Below, piece by piece: positions 18,836 through 27,458 of a DNA stretch of 32,563 nucleotides. The notes beneath the pieces are model-generated. The model did no database searches and had not been told where the DNA came from. It saw only the letters and a list, made by a program, of their open reading frames with translations. Made by a program: the position numbers and the translations under genes. Position 1 is the stretch's first letter; every line of letters starts with the position of its first letter. Source of the stretch: Stramenopiles sp. TOSAG23-3 (Eukaryota); the NCBI GenBank assembly GCA_900128585.1, contig LT642215.1, forward strand, positions 1-32,563, given 5' to 3'.

Positions 18836-19987
18836 TCAAAGCCCAAGCCTCTTTTCACACCGAGCCCGAACAAGGCGAGATCCTTCCAGGTCCATAAGTA
18901 TTCTCCTGCTTGACTGTAAACGATCACTGTATCCACAAAGAGCCAAGGTCTCTCGCTTGTCCCAATCGATTTGAACAGGCTTGCCTTTAAGCGGTACAAG
19001 TAATGGAAACCCAACGTTTGTTTTTGCGCCGCTGCCCATGTTATAGTCCATGCGCTGCCAAAATTTGTCGCATTCACTTTGGTTGACAACATACGTTTCC
19101 GCAGCGACCCCTATCCTATTGAATTTCCCGGTCGCTCCGCTAGTAAAGAGCAAAATGTCGCCAGGGTTGATGTGGGCAAAAATGCGAGAATACAGGCCTT
19201 TTGCAAAGCCCCAAAGATATGTGCCCAGTGACGGGACTTCTTCCTCAAGGGTATGGTCGTTGTAACCCAATACTCCGGTCGGAACCATGAACAGTTGCCG
19301 GTCCCCACCCGTAGCCTTCAGTTTTTTATCGTTTTTCCACCTTGCGACTAATTCCTTGTACGTTTCTTCCTCCCGCTTCTTTGCTTGCGCTTCAAAATTA
19401 ACTTGCAGCTTTCGTCTTGGAGCAGCTTTACCCGATGGGTCTTTTCCTTTCAAACGGCGAGACTGGCGGTACCCAACCCTAGCAGTTCTTGAAACCAATT
19501 GCCTTCGGGGCCGAGAAGAGCCAGACAGCTTCCTCGCTTTGCTCCGCGGGGTGTTGACCATCGTACTCCTCATCGCACCTATGCCCAGACGCTCCAGCTC
19601 TGCTTTGTTTTCTTCGATATTTTTCAGGCGCTCAAGTTCGTACTGCGACAACGTGCTTTCCCCCCCTTCCTTTGTCGTTTTTGTTGCCGGGGCCCTCTGC
19701 TCCTTCTTCCTTACAACTCGCTTCTTTGGGCGTCCTTTGGTCAACAGTGCCCAGTTCCCTTTTTGCCACGAGGCAGGGTTCAAGTTTACTCGAGACTGCG
19801 AGCCATCGTCATCCCAGACAACTGTCCACCAGTACTTCCCTGATGATTTTGAGTCCCTATTAATCAATCTCCCTGTGTACCACTCTTTTTTGTTCCACTT
19901 GTAGGAGAATTTGGAGTCTTGCCTTAACGATGAAATGACAGAGTGAGCCGCATCAACGACCGTCTGTTTGGGGGCTGTTTTCGGCAT
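18836..19987 (-). CDS. Putative chromatin protein: Tudor-like domain, LSxYE..R..NI..N helix, C-terminal EVE/PUA-like domain
   Basis: WYTGRLIN...WWTVVWDDDGS (Tudor-like), LSQYELERLKNIEENKAELERLGI, RQSRRLKG, and YLWGF...INPGDILLF...FNRIGV (EVE/PUA-like). The CDS is secure; domain calls are by eye. Confidence 0.8.
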   Translation of the reverse strand: MPKTAPKQTVVDAAHSVISSLRQDSKFSYKWNKKEWYTGRLINRDSKSSGKYWWTVVWDDDGSQSRVNLNPASWQKGNWALLTKGRPKKRVVRKKEQRAPATKTTKEGGESTLSQYELERLKNIEENKAELERLGIGAMRSTMVNTPRSKARKLSGSSRPRRQLVSRTARVGYRQSRRLKGKDPSGKAAPRRKLQVNFEAQAKKREEETYKELVARWKNDKKLKATGGDRQLFMVPTGVLGYNDHTLEEEVPSLGTYLWGFAKGLYSRIFAHINPGDILLFTSGATGKFNRIGVAAETYVVNQSECDKFWQRMDYNMGSGAKTNVGFPLLVPLKGKPVQIDWDKRETLALCGYSDRLQSSRRILMDLEGSRLVRARCEKRLGL

Positions 19988-20801
19988 GGTGGTGTGCGTT
20001 TTGTTTGTATTTTCGTCTTCCCTTCCGTTCTTTCTTGTTTTTGATGATATGTCTTTTGCTTAATTTCTGTTGAATTTCATGCAAAGATAAAACACTGTCC
20101 GTTTTCTTAATGCATAATTTAATAGAGATAGATTGTTTTATTTTAAATAATAATAGTAAATGAATCCAATTAATCATCTTCACGAAGAAGAAGAACTTGG
20201 TATTCTCTATAATAGTACTACTACTCTAACTAATAATACCTTGGTAATTAAAAAATAATTATAAAAAAAAAAAAATGGAAGAAGAAAAAGAAAAGAAGAA
20301 TTTCTAATAATAATTATTATTAAAAAAAGATAGAAGATTATTTTTTTTATTGTCTTGGTATTTACCTGTTGTAGTATAATAATAATATAAAAAGGACATT
20401 TTTATTTTTTTCTTCTTCATCATCATTTTCTTTTTTTTTGGATTCTTCCGTTGTTCTAGTTGAGTATGTTCGTGGTCCTCCTCCTCCTTATTGAGGAATC
20501 GTATTCAACCTCTTCTCAACCAACGAAAACAAAAGGATACAAACAAAAACTAATAAATATAATAAAAAATATGGTCAATACTCAATACCACCGACCGAAT
20601 GATCGATCGCATTTTTAATGTTCATTAAAAATAATACCTACCTCGTACGGCCTGGTAGATCGTATACGAGTCCTCGTAGATAATAATAATATATTTTAGA
20701 ATAACTTCTGCCTAATTATGCCGTCGAGGAGTCCTCCTCGTAGATGATGGAGTTATTTAGATTGTAATAAGTTAGTGATAAGATTAGGGTTATATATCTC
20801 T

Positions 20802-20866
20802 CCGCCGCGTCTCCCCGTCCCCCGTCCCCGCCCCGCCGCCCGATCGATCTCTCCCCTGCCCCGCCG
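20802..20866. promoter_or_regulatory. GC-rich island (GC boxes, G-quadruplex-capable) in the bidirectional intergenic region
   Basis: CCCCGTCCCCCGTCCCCGCCCC (20813-20834) in otherwise AT-rich DNA, ~250 nt upstream of the 21085 ATG. Function is inferred. Confidence 0.4.
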
Positions 20867-21084
20867 AGAAGAAGAAGAAGGGGAGGAAGAAGAAGATATT
20901 TTAGATAATAGAAGAAGAAAGAAGGATAAGTTGAATTGACTATGCAGTGAGAAGAAGAGGAAGGAATTGTTATGTTCTTACGTTTTAGAACTTCAAGAAA
21001 CGGGAGGTTACCTTAGTACTTTACACTTTACCCGAGTTTTAAAGAAATACAACGTTGTGGTTTTCTTTGTCTCTCACTGAGAAA

Positions 21085-22296
21085 ATGCCTATCGTCTCGT
21101 CGCCCTCTTGCCCAACCCACTACTTGCGGAACGCGGTCATAACGTTCAAATGGAACGACCCTGATGAGTTTTATACTGGAAAGGTCCTGAACCGGTACCA
21201 TAGATCCGGTGCCGATTGGTGGAATATTGTATGGGATGATAAGACGAGCTCTGCCATCTACCTGTCGCTGAAAGGCTACGAAAGGGGCGACTGGAAGTTT
21301 AAGAAGAAAGGAGTTTTGTCCTCCCCCGGCAGCAGCGCAAAGAAATCGTCTGGAAAGCGGAAAGCCGAAAGGGAAAGATCGCCTGGAAAGAAGAAAACGT
21401 CGAAGATCTCGCCTCGTCGCCTTATCGTTTCAGAGAAGGTCCCCGAAGAGGACAACAAACTGAGTGACTATGAAGTGCAGCGCTTGAAGCGCATTGCCGA
21501 GAACAAGGCGAAGATCGAAGAGCTAGGTTTGGGCCAAGCTATGCACTCCATTCATAACGAGGTGGTGAACGAACGAACGAGGGCTTTGAAGGCTCAGAAT
21601 GCGCGTCGGAAGAGAAATCGAGACGCAAATCGGCAAAGGAGTAGAAGTAATCAAATAGAACGTGGTCCAAAGCGAAGGAGTTCAAGGCTGAGTGGCGTTG
21701 CTCCGGTGAAGTACACCGAAGATACCTCCAGAATATCTTACGTGGGCGAAGAGGAAATCTCGGTAATGGAAGCGGGAGAATACCTGAAGCTGATTAATGT
21801 TGTGCCCAAGGTAAAGACTGACGGCCATTACAGTGGCTGGTTAAACCCCGAACTTATCAAGAGTCACGGTTTTGCGCAGACGGCAGAAGAGGCATGGGTA
21901 AGGGGCGGCGGAGGAAAATTTAGCTTTAAATCGCCGGGTGGAAAAAACAAGAAAGGCGGGTTAAATTGCAAAGACTTCGCCTACAAGATGAAGTTCAAAA
22001 ACCCAAACGCGTACTTCTATCGGCACACAGCGCCGGGCGTGCCCCACCGGTTCGATGCTGACTTCCCGTGGACGCAGGAGGAAGAAGAAAAATTTTTGGA
22101 CGTTGCAAAGAAGTACGGCTGCGGGGACAAGTGGGGGCTCTTTTCTTCCTGGCTTCCTGGGCGAGTGGGGTACCAATGCAGTCAGTACTACCGGAAGCAC
22201 ATGATCAAAGAAGGTCTGGTTCAAGACCCGAATTTTGCCTTTTCTACAAGCGGGGACCCGGTCTATGTGGGCAGAAAGGGCTCAAAGCGGGGGTAG
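21085..22296 (+). CDS. Myb/SANT-like domain protein with the same Tudor-like domain and LSxYE helix as its divergent neighbour
   Basis: First ATG at 21085. FYTGKVLN...WWNIVWDDKTS, LSDYEVQRLKRIAENKAKIEELGL, RRSSRLSG, and Myb-like WTQEEEEKFLDVAKKYG...WGLFSSWLPGRVGYQCSQYYR preceded by NPNAYFYR. Confidence 0.88.
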   Translation: MPIVSSPSCPTHYLRNAVITFKWNDPDEFYTGKVLNRYHRSGADWWNIVWDDKTSSAIYLSLKGYERGDWKFKKKGVLSSPGSSAKKSSGKRKAERERSPGKKKTSKISPRRLIVSEKVPEEDNKLSDYEVQRLKRIAENKAKIEELGLGQAMHSIHNEVVNERTRALKAQNARRKRNRDANRQRSRSNQIERGPKRRSSRLSGVAPVKYTEDTSRISYVGEEEISVMEAGEYLKLINVVPKVKTDGHYSGWLNPELIKSHGFAQTAEEAWVRGGGGKFSFKSPGGKNKKGGLNCKDFAYKMKFKNPNAYFYRHTAPGVPHRFDADFPWTQEEEEKFLDVAKKYGCGDKWGLFSSWLPGRVGYQCSQYYRKHMIKEGLVQDPNFAFSTSGDPVYVGRKGSKRG

Positions 22297-22424
22297 GTCA
22301 AATTCCCGTGAAGAAAATCGAAGGAGAGAGTACACACCAGCGATTAAAGTCAAAAATAAATGCATCCTTCTTACTAGGACGAAAGATTTTATTTTTAAAA
22401 AAACAAATTATATAAGTAGTAACA

Positions 22425-22514
22425 TATGCTTTAAGACTCTCATTTTAAAAACAAGAAAATTGGCTGTTATTTATTTTAAATCAATTACTATTTCAGTTCC
22501 AACCCTAAACCTAG
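22425..22514 (+). repeat. Dispersed intergenic repeat (B, inserted A, C)
   Basis: TATGCTTTAAGACTCTC-ATTTTAAA-AACAAGAAAATTGGCTGTTATTT-ATTTTAAA-TCAATTACTATTTCAGTTCCAACCCTAAACCTAG. Confidence 0.9.
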
Positions 22515-22620
22515 ATTTTATTTATATTTACACAATTTGTACAACACAAAAAAACAATTCACCGTGCGGAGTGTGGTTATTATGAAGTTTCTTTTTGAAA
22601 GCCCCACGCCTCTTTGCCGT

Positions 22621-24039
22621 TCATTGGAATTGACTCATTTCCGTCTGTGGTCCATCGGGTGGGCGGCCCCTTGGGGACGCAAACTGGTTCCTCTTTCCGA
22701 CGAAATCCACCGCCCCGCCTCCGCCCCCGTCTGCTTCGTACTGGTTGCTGGCCCTTGCCGACTGCGCTCGGGGTGGCCTGGTGTTGTTGTGGTTGAATTT
22801 GGAAGAAAATGGAGGGACAGGGGGCTTTTTCCAAGGTCGAGCCGTTTGGGGTGCTTGAGGATGCTGGCGACTAACGAATTGATTCTTGCTCGTTGATGGT
22901 AATCGAGCGGACCGACTACCACTGCGGTTGCTCCTGGCTGACCGTGGCGGCTTTCGCTTTGCCAACTCTAACAGCCTTCCTAATTCTTCCTTTCTACCTT
23001 GATCAGAAAGCATCGACCCAAAACCTTTCTCGTCGCCGTCGCTTTCATCGTTTTCGTCTTTGAACTGCACCGTCTTTTTCCCACTTTTCTTCTTCTTTCC
23101 TTGGGCCCTCCTCGTCTTCTTCCGCTTGTCCTTGCCAACCAAGGCGTTTTCCGCGTCGTCGTCGTCGCTATTGTTCTCTGAACCGCTTTCGTCGTCATCG
23201 GAGTAGTAATCGTCTTCGCTGCTGGATTCTACCCGCCTGCTCTCCCTGATGCGCTCTTGGGAACGCGCAAGCCATACTTTTTCGGAGCGCCAGTGCCACT
23301 GCGATGTCACCAGCGCTGCCGACGAAACCACCATGAGGGCCACACCACTCCAAAACATGCCAATGGAGTACGATTGCTTCGCGCATTCAGCCGCATTGGA
23401 CTGGTGGTCTACGTATTTGCAAATAGTCGCGTTGCCAGCCCTTTCATGCTCTGGTAAATCTATGTGCATCTTTGCGCTAATGCTACCCTGGTCGCCGTGG
23501 CACTTGTCCGGGAAGCAACAGCAGAAGGACATGACAGCCGGGACAGCAATAAGACTCAGCTGCACGACAGCAGCTGGGACCGCCACAAAAGAGGCCAGGG
23601 ACGCCAGGGCCATGCAACACCTGCTGGAGCAGCAAACGCTCAGAACTGTGCACACAATTGATACTCCCAATAGACCCTGGGGCGCCCAGGACATGTATTG
23701 GTTTATCCACACTCGCCCATGCAAACCAAGTGCTACACTAAGCTCAGGAATACACAGGCAAATCGAAATTACCCCGAGCAGCGACGAACAATATACATGC
23801 TGTGGGGATGGAGCTCCAAGGACAGGATCAGCGGTTCTCCACACTTCTAAAGCGCCTTCTGGCAACGGCTTGCGTGCACGGCTAGCTTTTCGCTGTCCAT
23901 CGGATTTGTTTCTACTCTTCCCCAAAGTTCTGTACTCTACCCTCTGTTGAAATTGTCTGTTTCGAGTGGCCGCTTCTTTTTTACTCCGACCCTTCCACGA
24001 GTATGCGCGTCTCATGACGCTTGGCAAATTTGTGTCCAT
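22621..24039 (-). CDS. Four-TM, Cys-rich membrane protein with a long acidic then basic disordered tail (tetraspan-like topology)
   Basis: First ATG at 24039. Three closely spaced TMs, a Cys-rich loop (FCCCFPDKC...C...C), a fourth TM, then SSSEDDYYSDDDES and a Lys/Arg-rich tail. Confidence 0.75.
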   Translation of the reverse strand: MDTNLPSVMRRAYSWKGRSKKEAATRNRQFQQRVEYRTLGKSRNKSDGQRKASRARKPLPEGALEVWRTADPVLGAPSPQHVYCSSLLGVISICLCIPELSVALGLHGRVWINQYMSWAPQGLLGVSIVCTVLSVCCSSRCCMALASLASFVAVPAAVVQLSLIAVPAVMSFCCCFPDKCHGDQGSISAKMHIDLPEHERAGNATICKYVDHQSNAAECAKQSYSIGMFWSGVALMVVSSAALVTSQWHWRSEKVWLARSQERIRESRRVESSSEDDYYSDDDESGSENNSDDDDAENALVGKDKRKKTRRAQGKKKKSGKKTVQFKDENDESDGDEKGFGSMLSDQGRKEELGRLLELAKRKPPRSARSNRSGSRSARLPSTSKNQFVSRQHPQAPQTARPWKKPPVPPFSSKFNHNNTRPPRAQSARASNQYEADGGGGGAVDFVGKRNQFASPRGRPPDGPQTEMSQFQ

Positions 24040-24374
24040 CTTAGAACACCCCGACCAATCGGTCCCTGTCGTCACTTTTTACGTGCAAAACCTTTGGATT
24101 TGGCTGACTTTTGTTCTCTTTTTATACGTCTGAATGAACAGCAAACATTTGGTATCCTAGTCGGTGTAAAACTTGTAACGATGGTTCCAATTATTAATTT
24201 CAAACAAGTGATTGAAGGAAATTCTTCTTCTGTTGTTGGTTGTTGTTGTTACGAGGTTCCTTCGTACTTCTTCGTATTTCGTTGTTGTTGTTGTTTGTTG
24301 TTGGTGGTGATTCAATTTTATGTTTTGATTTTATATGAATTCGTATTTTTTATTAGTCCTACTCGTACTTCGTA

Positions 24375-24437
24375 GTATCAGGTACCTGGTACCCAGGTAA
24401 TACCTGGTACGGGAGGTAATTGGTATCAGGTACCAGG
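24375..24437. repeat. Cluster of palindromic CAGGTA/TACCTG micro-repeats
   Basis: GTATCAGGTACC twice (24375, 24423), palindrome CAGGTACCTG, and inverted repeat CCAGGTA-A-TACCTGG. Confidence 0.7.
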
Positions 24438-24686
24438 TGTTAAAAAATAGTACTTGGTTATCCCAAAAATCTGAAAAAATCTTACCGAGTCATAAAAAAA
24501 AATGCGCATCATCATAATTTTGTTGTGAAAATGAAAAAAAAAATTATATAGTATGTGTTGTGAAAATGATACGTTCGACTGATAAAAAAAGGTATGATGA
24601 TGATGAGAATTAAATAATAGTTTGATTTACGGTGTGTTTACTACTTGAACAGAAATTCAACACGTGGTGCGATCTGGTGGCCCACT

Positions 24687-27458
24687 TTATCTTCTGACTA
24701 CGAACCAGCCAAAACTACGGAGCATCATTTTGGAAAACGAATCTGGAACGATCGGGTCCAAGGCAGCCCAAGCGTCCTCGACAAGCTTGTTCGCTTGCAC
24801 TACGCACTCTTGTACGGCTCCGACATCTTCCAATTCCTTGATGACTTGGTTGACGGTGGCTTGGTCCTGTGGCTTGCTTTCGATGGTTTTCCAAAGCTTT
24901 TGGCGCTGTTGCAAGCCCATGAGGCCCATTGCTTTCGCAACCGGCATAGTGACCTTTCCGCACATGATGTCTTCTCCTAACACTTTCATCGCCTTCTTCT
25001 TTTTCCCTTTTTGTTGCTCCTTAAGCTTCGCTTTTTGATCATCCCGGCCAAAAATTTCGGTAACAACGTTTGCGGTGGCATCCTCCTCGGCGGACTGGTC
25101 GATCTTTGCGTTGAAAAACAACCCACGCAAATTCAACACATCGTCCATGATTTGGAATGCAAGCCCGACGCCTTCAAAGTATTTTCCGACGGCCTCGACC
25201 TGCTCTGGCGTTCCGCCGCCAACTAATGCGCCCATACGGGCGAGGGTTCCCGCTGGAACGGCGGTCTTCAACATGTGGATGGCCAAGGAGCGTTCTTCGA
25301 GGACTGCACTTTCTCCTTTCTCTATCGCTTCCGGCATCAAATAATCGAGGCCGTAAATGTCGAGCGCTTGGCCGGCGTGACCACCTCGCAAGCAAGAGAA
25401 GTAGAGCTGATAAACTTTATTTAAGGTGTCTGCGCTCAATCCTGGCGCTTTAATTAAGTGCTCGCACATGAAGTATGCGGCGGTACCGGCGTTGATGGAA
25501 AGTGGTTCCCCGTAAATGAGGTGGGCACATTTGCCGCCACGGCGTTCTTCGGACTTGTCTTGGATATCATCTACGATCAAAGACCCAACGTGCATGAACT
25601 CAGGCATCGCAAGCCATTTCACGAACTGGCGCGAATCCCCGCCGACGACGTCGCAGCAGGCAAGAGCACCGTAACTGCGCCAGGACTTTCCGCCCCTATC
25701 GGCAATTTCGCGTACTGGGGCGATCAACGTCTTTTGCAGAACGTCCATCGGGACGCCTTTCAGGTAGTAGTCGGTGTCTTTCGTCGCAATCAAATCACGG
25801 GCTTGCTCGCGGGTGGGCATGTCTGGGTACATGTCTTGTACGCTTTGTCGTACTTGCTTTCCAACGTTCTTGAAAAATGCGCCTAAGTCTGGCATCTTGT
25901 CGAAACCGTTGCGCTCCACGTACGCAATCCCAGTGACCTTTTCGCCACGAAAAGTTCCTGTCACAGTGCACCGTCCCTCCCAGTACGATGGCTTTGCGAT
26001 CAGAGTAACAAACTCTTGGTCTGGAAAATCCGCGACGAGCATCAAGTCGGTCTTGTCGCTGGGGATCTTCAAGTTCCACGCAGTCGGGAACGAGCGGAAG
26101 GTTTTTACGGACGTCCAAACGTCGGAGCCTAGCAGCTGCATGTCGGTGCTCTTGTAGCGTCGCCCTTTCGGGTCGATGGTCACCGTTCGCGTTTCCATCA
26201 ACTCGCCGTTCTCTGGGTTGACAAGGATGGCAGCAGTGATCTCGTACTTGTTGTCCAGCTGAACGGCCGCCCAGTTCCAGGCGTAGTTCATTCGGTCCGC
26301 CCCTTCCTCTGGCATCTTTCCGCCAAACTCGTGGTCGTACCAGCCCTGGCCTTTCGTGATGGTTTGCGTTTCCCCGTTCAATTTTACGGTCCCAGTAACT
26401 TCGCACCGTGGGATAAAGTAGTAGAACATATCGTCGCCGTCGTGGCCGGCAACAACACCATCTTTCCCGTGGCGAACCGCTGGTTTCTGGGGAAGGAACG
26501 CCAGAGAGAACCCACTCTCTTCGCCATCGCTGTGAAGGGCGTTGACAATGTACGCGCCGTCGCTGCGCTTGGTGACGGTGGCATTCTCGTAGTCTAGGTT
26601 CAGCTTGCCGAAGGGGACGTTGGCGTCTTTCTTGAACATGCGGTCTGGGAGGGGCACGTTGCCCTTCTCCAAAACTTCGCGCATCGCTGCGCGTAGTTTC
26701 TTGTCCCCGACTTGCTTCTTGCCTTCCTTGATCTGTTTCAAAACCATTTGTGGGGAGTCCCGGTCAAGAAGAATGTCCGAGGTGTATGTCTTGTTCTTGG
26801 TGTCGGAGATGGCCCAGTTCAGGGCGTGCGCGTACGACTTCTTGCCAGTCTTCGGGTCGACATGCTTGCAGATTCGGAAAAATGCGGCAAAAATACTCAA
26901 ATCAACGCCCGTGTCGGTCGTCACGTGACTGTTGTAGTACCACCACTCGGTCACACTGCTCTTGTGAGGGCCGTCGTGTTCGCCCAGGTTGATCGGACCA
27001 ATGGAGCTTGGCCAGTCCGCACGGAGCGCCGGCGTAAGCAGGTTGCGAAGGGGGAACAGCCGTTGGCCATTGGGGCTTCGCAAAACGTCGCACAGGTACG
27101 TCTCCAAATCTTTGGTTCGCTTTTCGATGAACTTGGCGTCCAAGTTTCCGATCCATTTCTTCTGTGGCAAAGACGGGCGGCTGGCGATAAGGTTATCGCG
27201 CTTGATCTCGGCGTGGAGGGCCTCGAACTCCTTGTAACGCCTCCAGACGTTCCAGGTGTTGCCGTCACTCAGTTCGGTAACAACGTTGTACGTCGTGTAC
27301 GAACCGCCTTCGTCGTTGGTGATTTTGCTGCCCAAAACTTTAATCGTGTTGATTTGAACTGCAAGTTCATCGTCGTAGATCGACGGCGAACGAGAGGAAC
27401 GAACAGACTCTTCGTCAGAAGACTCTTGGTTGTTCGAGCGACTTGGTACGGCTTGCAT
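24687..27458 (-). CDS. PX domain, CrtC/AttH-like double lipocalin domain and trans-isoprenyl diphosphate synthase (GGPPS-like) fusion
   Basis: PX: VWRRYKEFEALH, PSLPQKK, FIEKRTKDLETYL. AttH/CrtC: HDGPH...TEWWYY, GWYDHEFG, WNWAAVQLDN, YWEG...G.AYVE. Prenyltransferase: RGGKSWR, FARM IVDDIQDKSEERRG, GQALDI, KT, SARM FQIMDDVLN, GEDIMCGKVT. Confidence 0.93.
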   Translation of the reverse strand: MQAVPSRSNNQESSDEESVRSSRSPSIYDDELAVQINTIKVLGSKITNDEGGSYTTYNVVTELSDGNTWNVWRRYKEFEALHAEIKRDNLIASRPSLPQKKWIGNLDAKFIEKRTKDLETYLCDVLRSPNGQRLFPLRNLLTPALRADWPSSIGPINLGEHDGPHKSSVTEWWYYNSHVTTDTGVDLSIFAAFFRICKHVDPKTGKKSYAHALNWAISDTKNKTYTSDILLDRDSPQMVLKQIKEGKKQVGDKKLRAAMREVLEKGNVPLPDRMFKKDANVPFGKLNLDYENATVTKRSDGAYIVNALHSDGEESGFSLAFLPQKPAVRHGKDGVVAGHDGDDMFYYFIPRCEVTGTVKLNGETQTITKGQGWYDHEFGGKMPEEGADRMNYAWNWAAVQLDNKYEITAAILVNPENGELMETRTVTIDPKGRRYKSTDMQLLGSDVWTSVKTFRSFPTAWNLKIPSDKTDLMLVADFPDQEFVTLIAKPSYWEGRCTVTGTFRGEKVTGIAYVERNGFDKMPDLGAFFKNVGKQVRQSVQDMYPDMPTREQARDLIATKDTDYYLKGVPMDVLQKTLIAPVREIADRGGKSWRSYGALACCDVVGGDSRQFVKWLAMPEFMHVGSLIVDDIQDKSEERRGGKCAHLIYGEPLSINAGTAAYFMCEHLIKAPGLSADTLNKVYQLYFSCLRGGHAGQALDIYGLDYLMPEAIEKGESAVLEERSLAIHMLKTAVPAGTLARMGALVGGGTPEQVEAVGKYFEGVGLAFQIMDDVLNLRGLFFNAKIDQSAEEDATANVVTEIFGRDDQKAKLKEQQKGKKKKAMKVLGEDIMCGKVTMPVAKAMGLMGLQQRQKLWKTIESKPQDQATVNQVIKELEDVGAVQECVVQANKLVEDAWAALDPIVPDSFSKMMLRSFGWFVVRR

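Noticed and set aside
5140-27458. A terpenoid biosynthetic gene cluster (membrane enzyme, hydrolase, GT4, prenyltransferase fusion)
   Set aside because: These genes are interspersed with unrelated chaperone, cytoskeletal and chromatin genes, and the GT4 looks like a conserved secretory-pathway type. There is no support without synteny or co-expression data.
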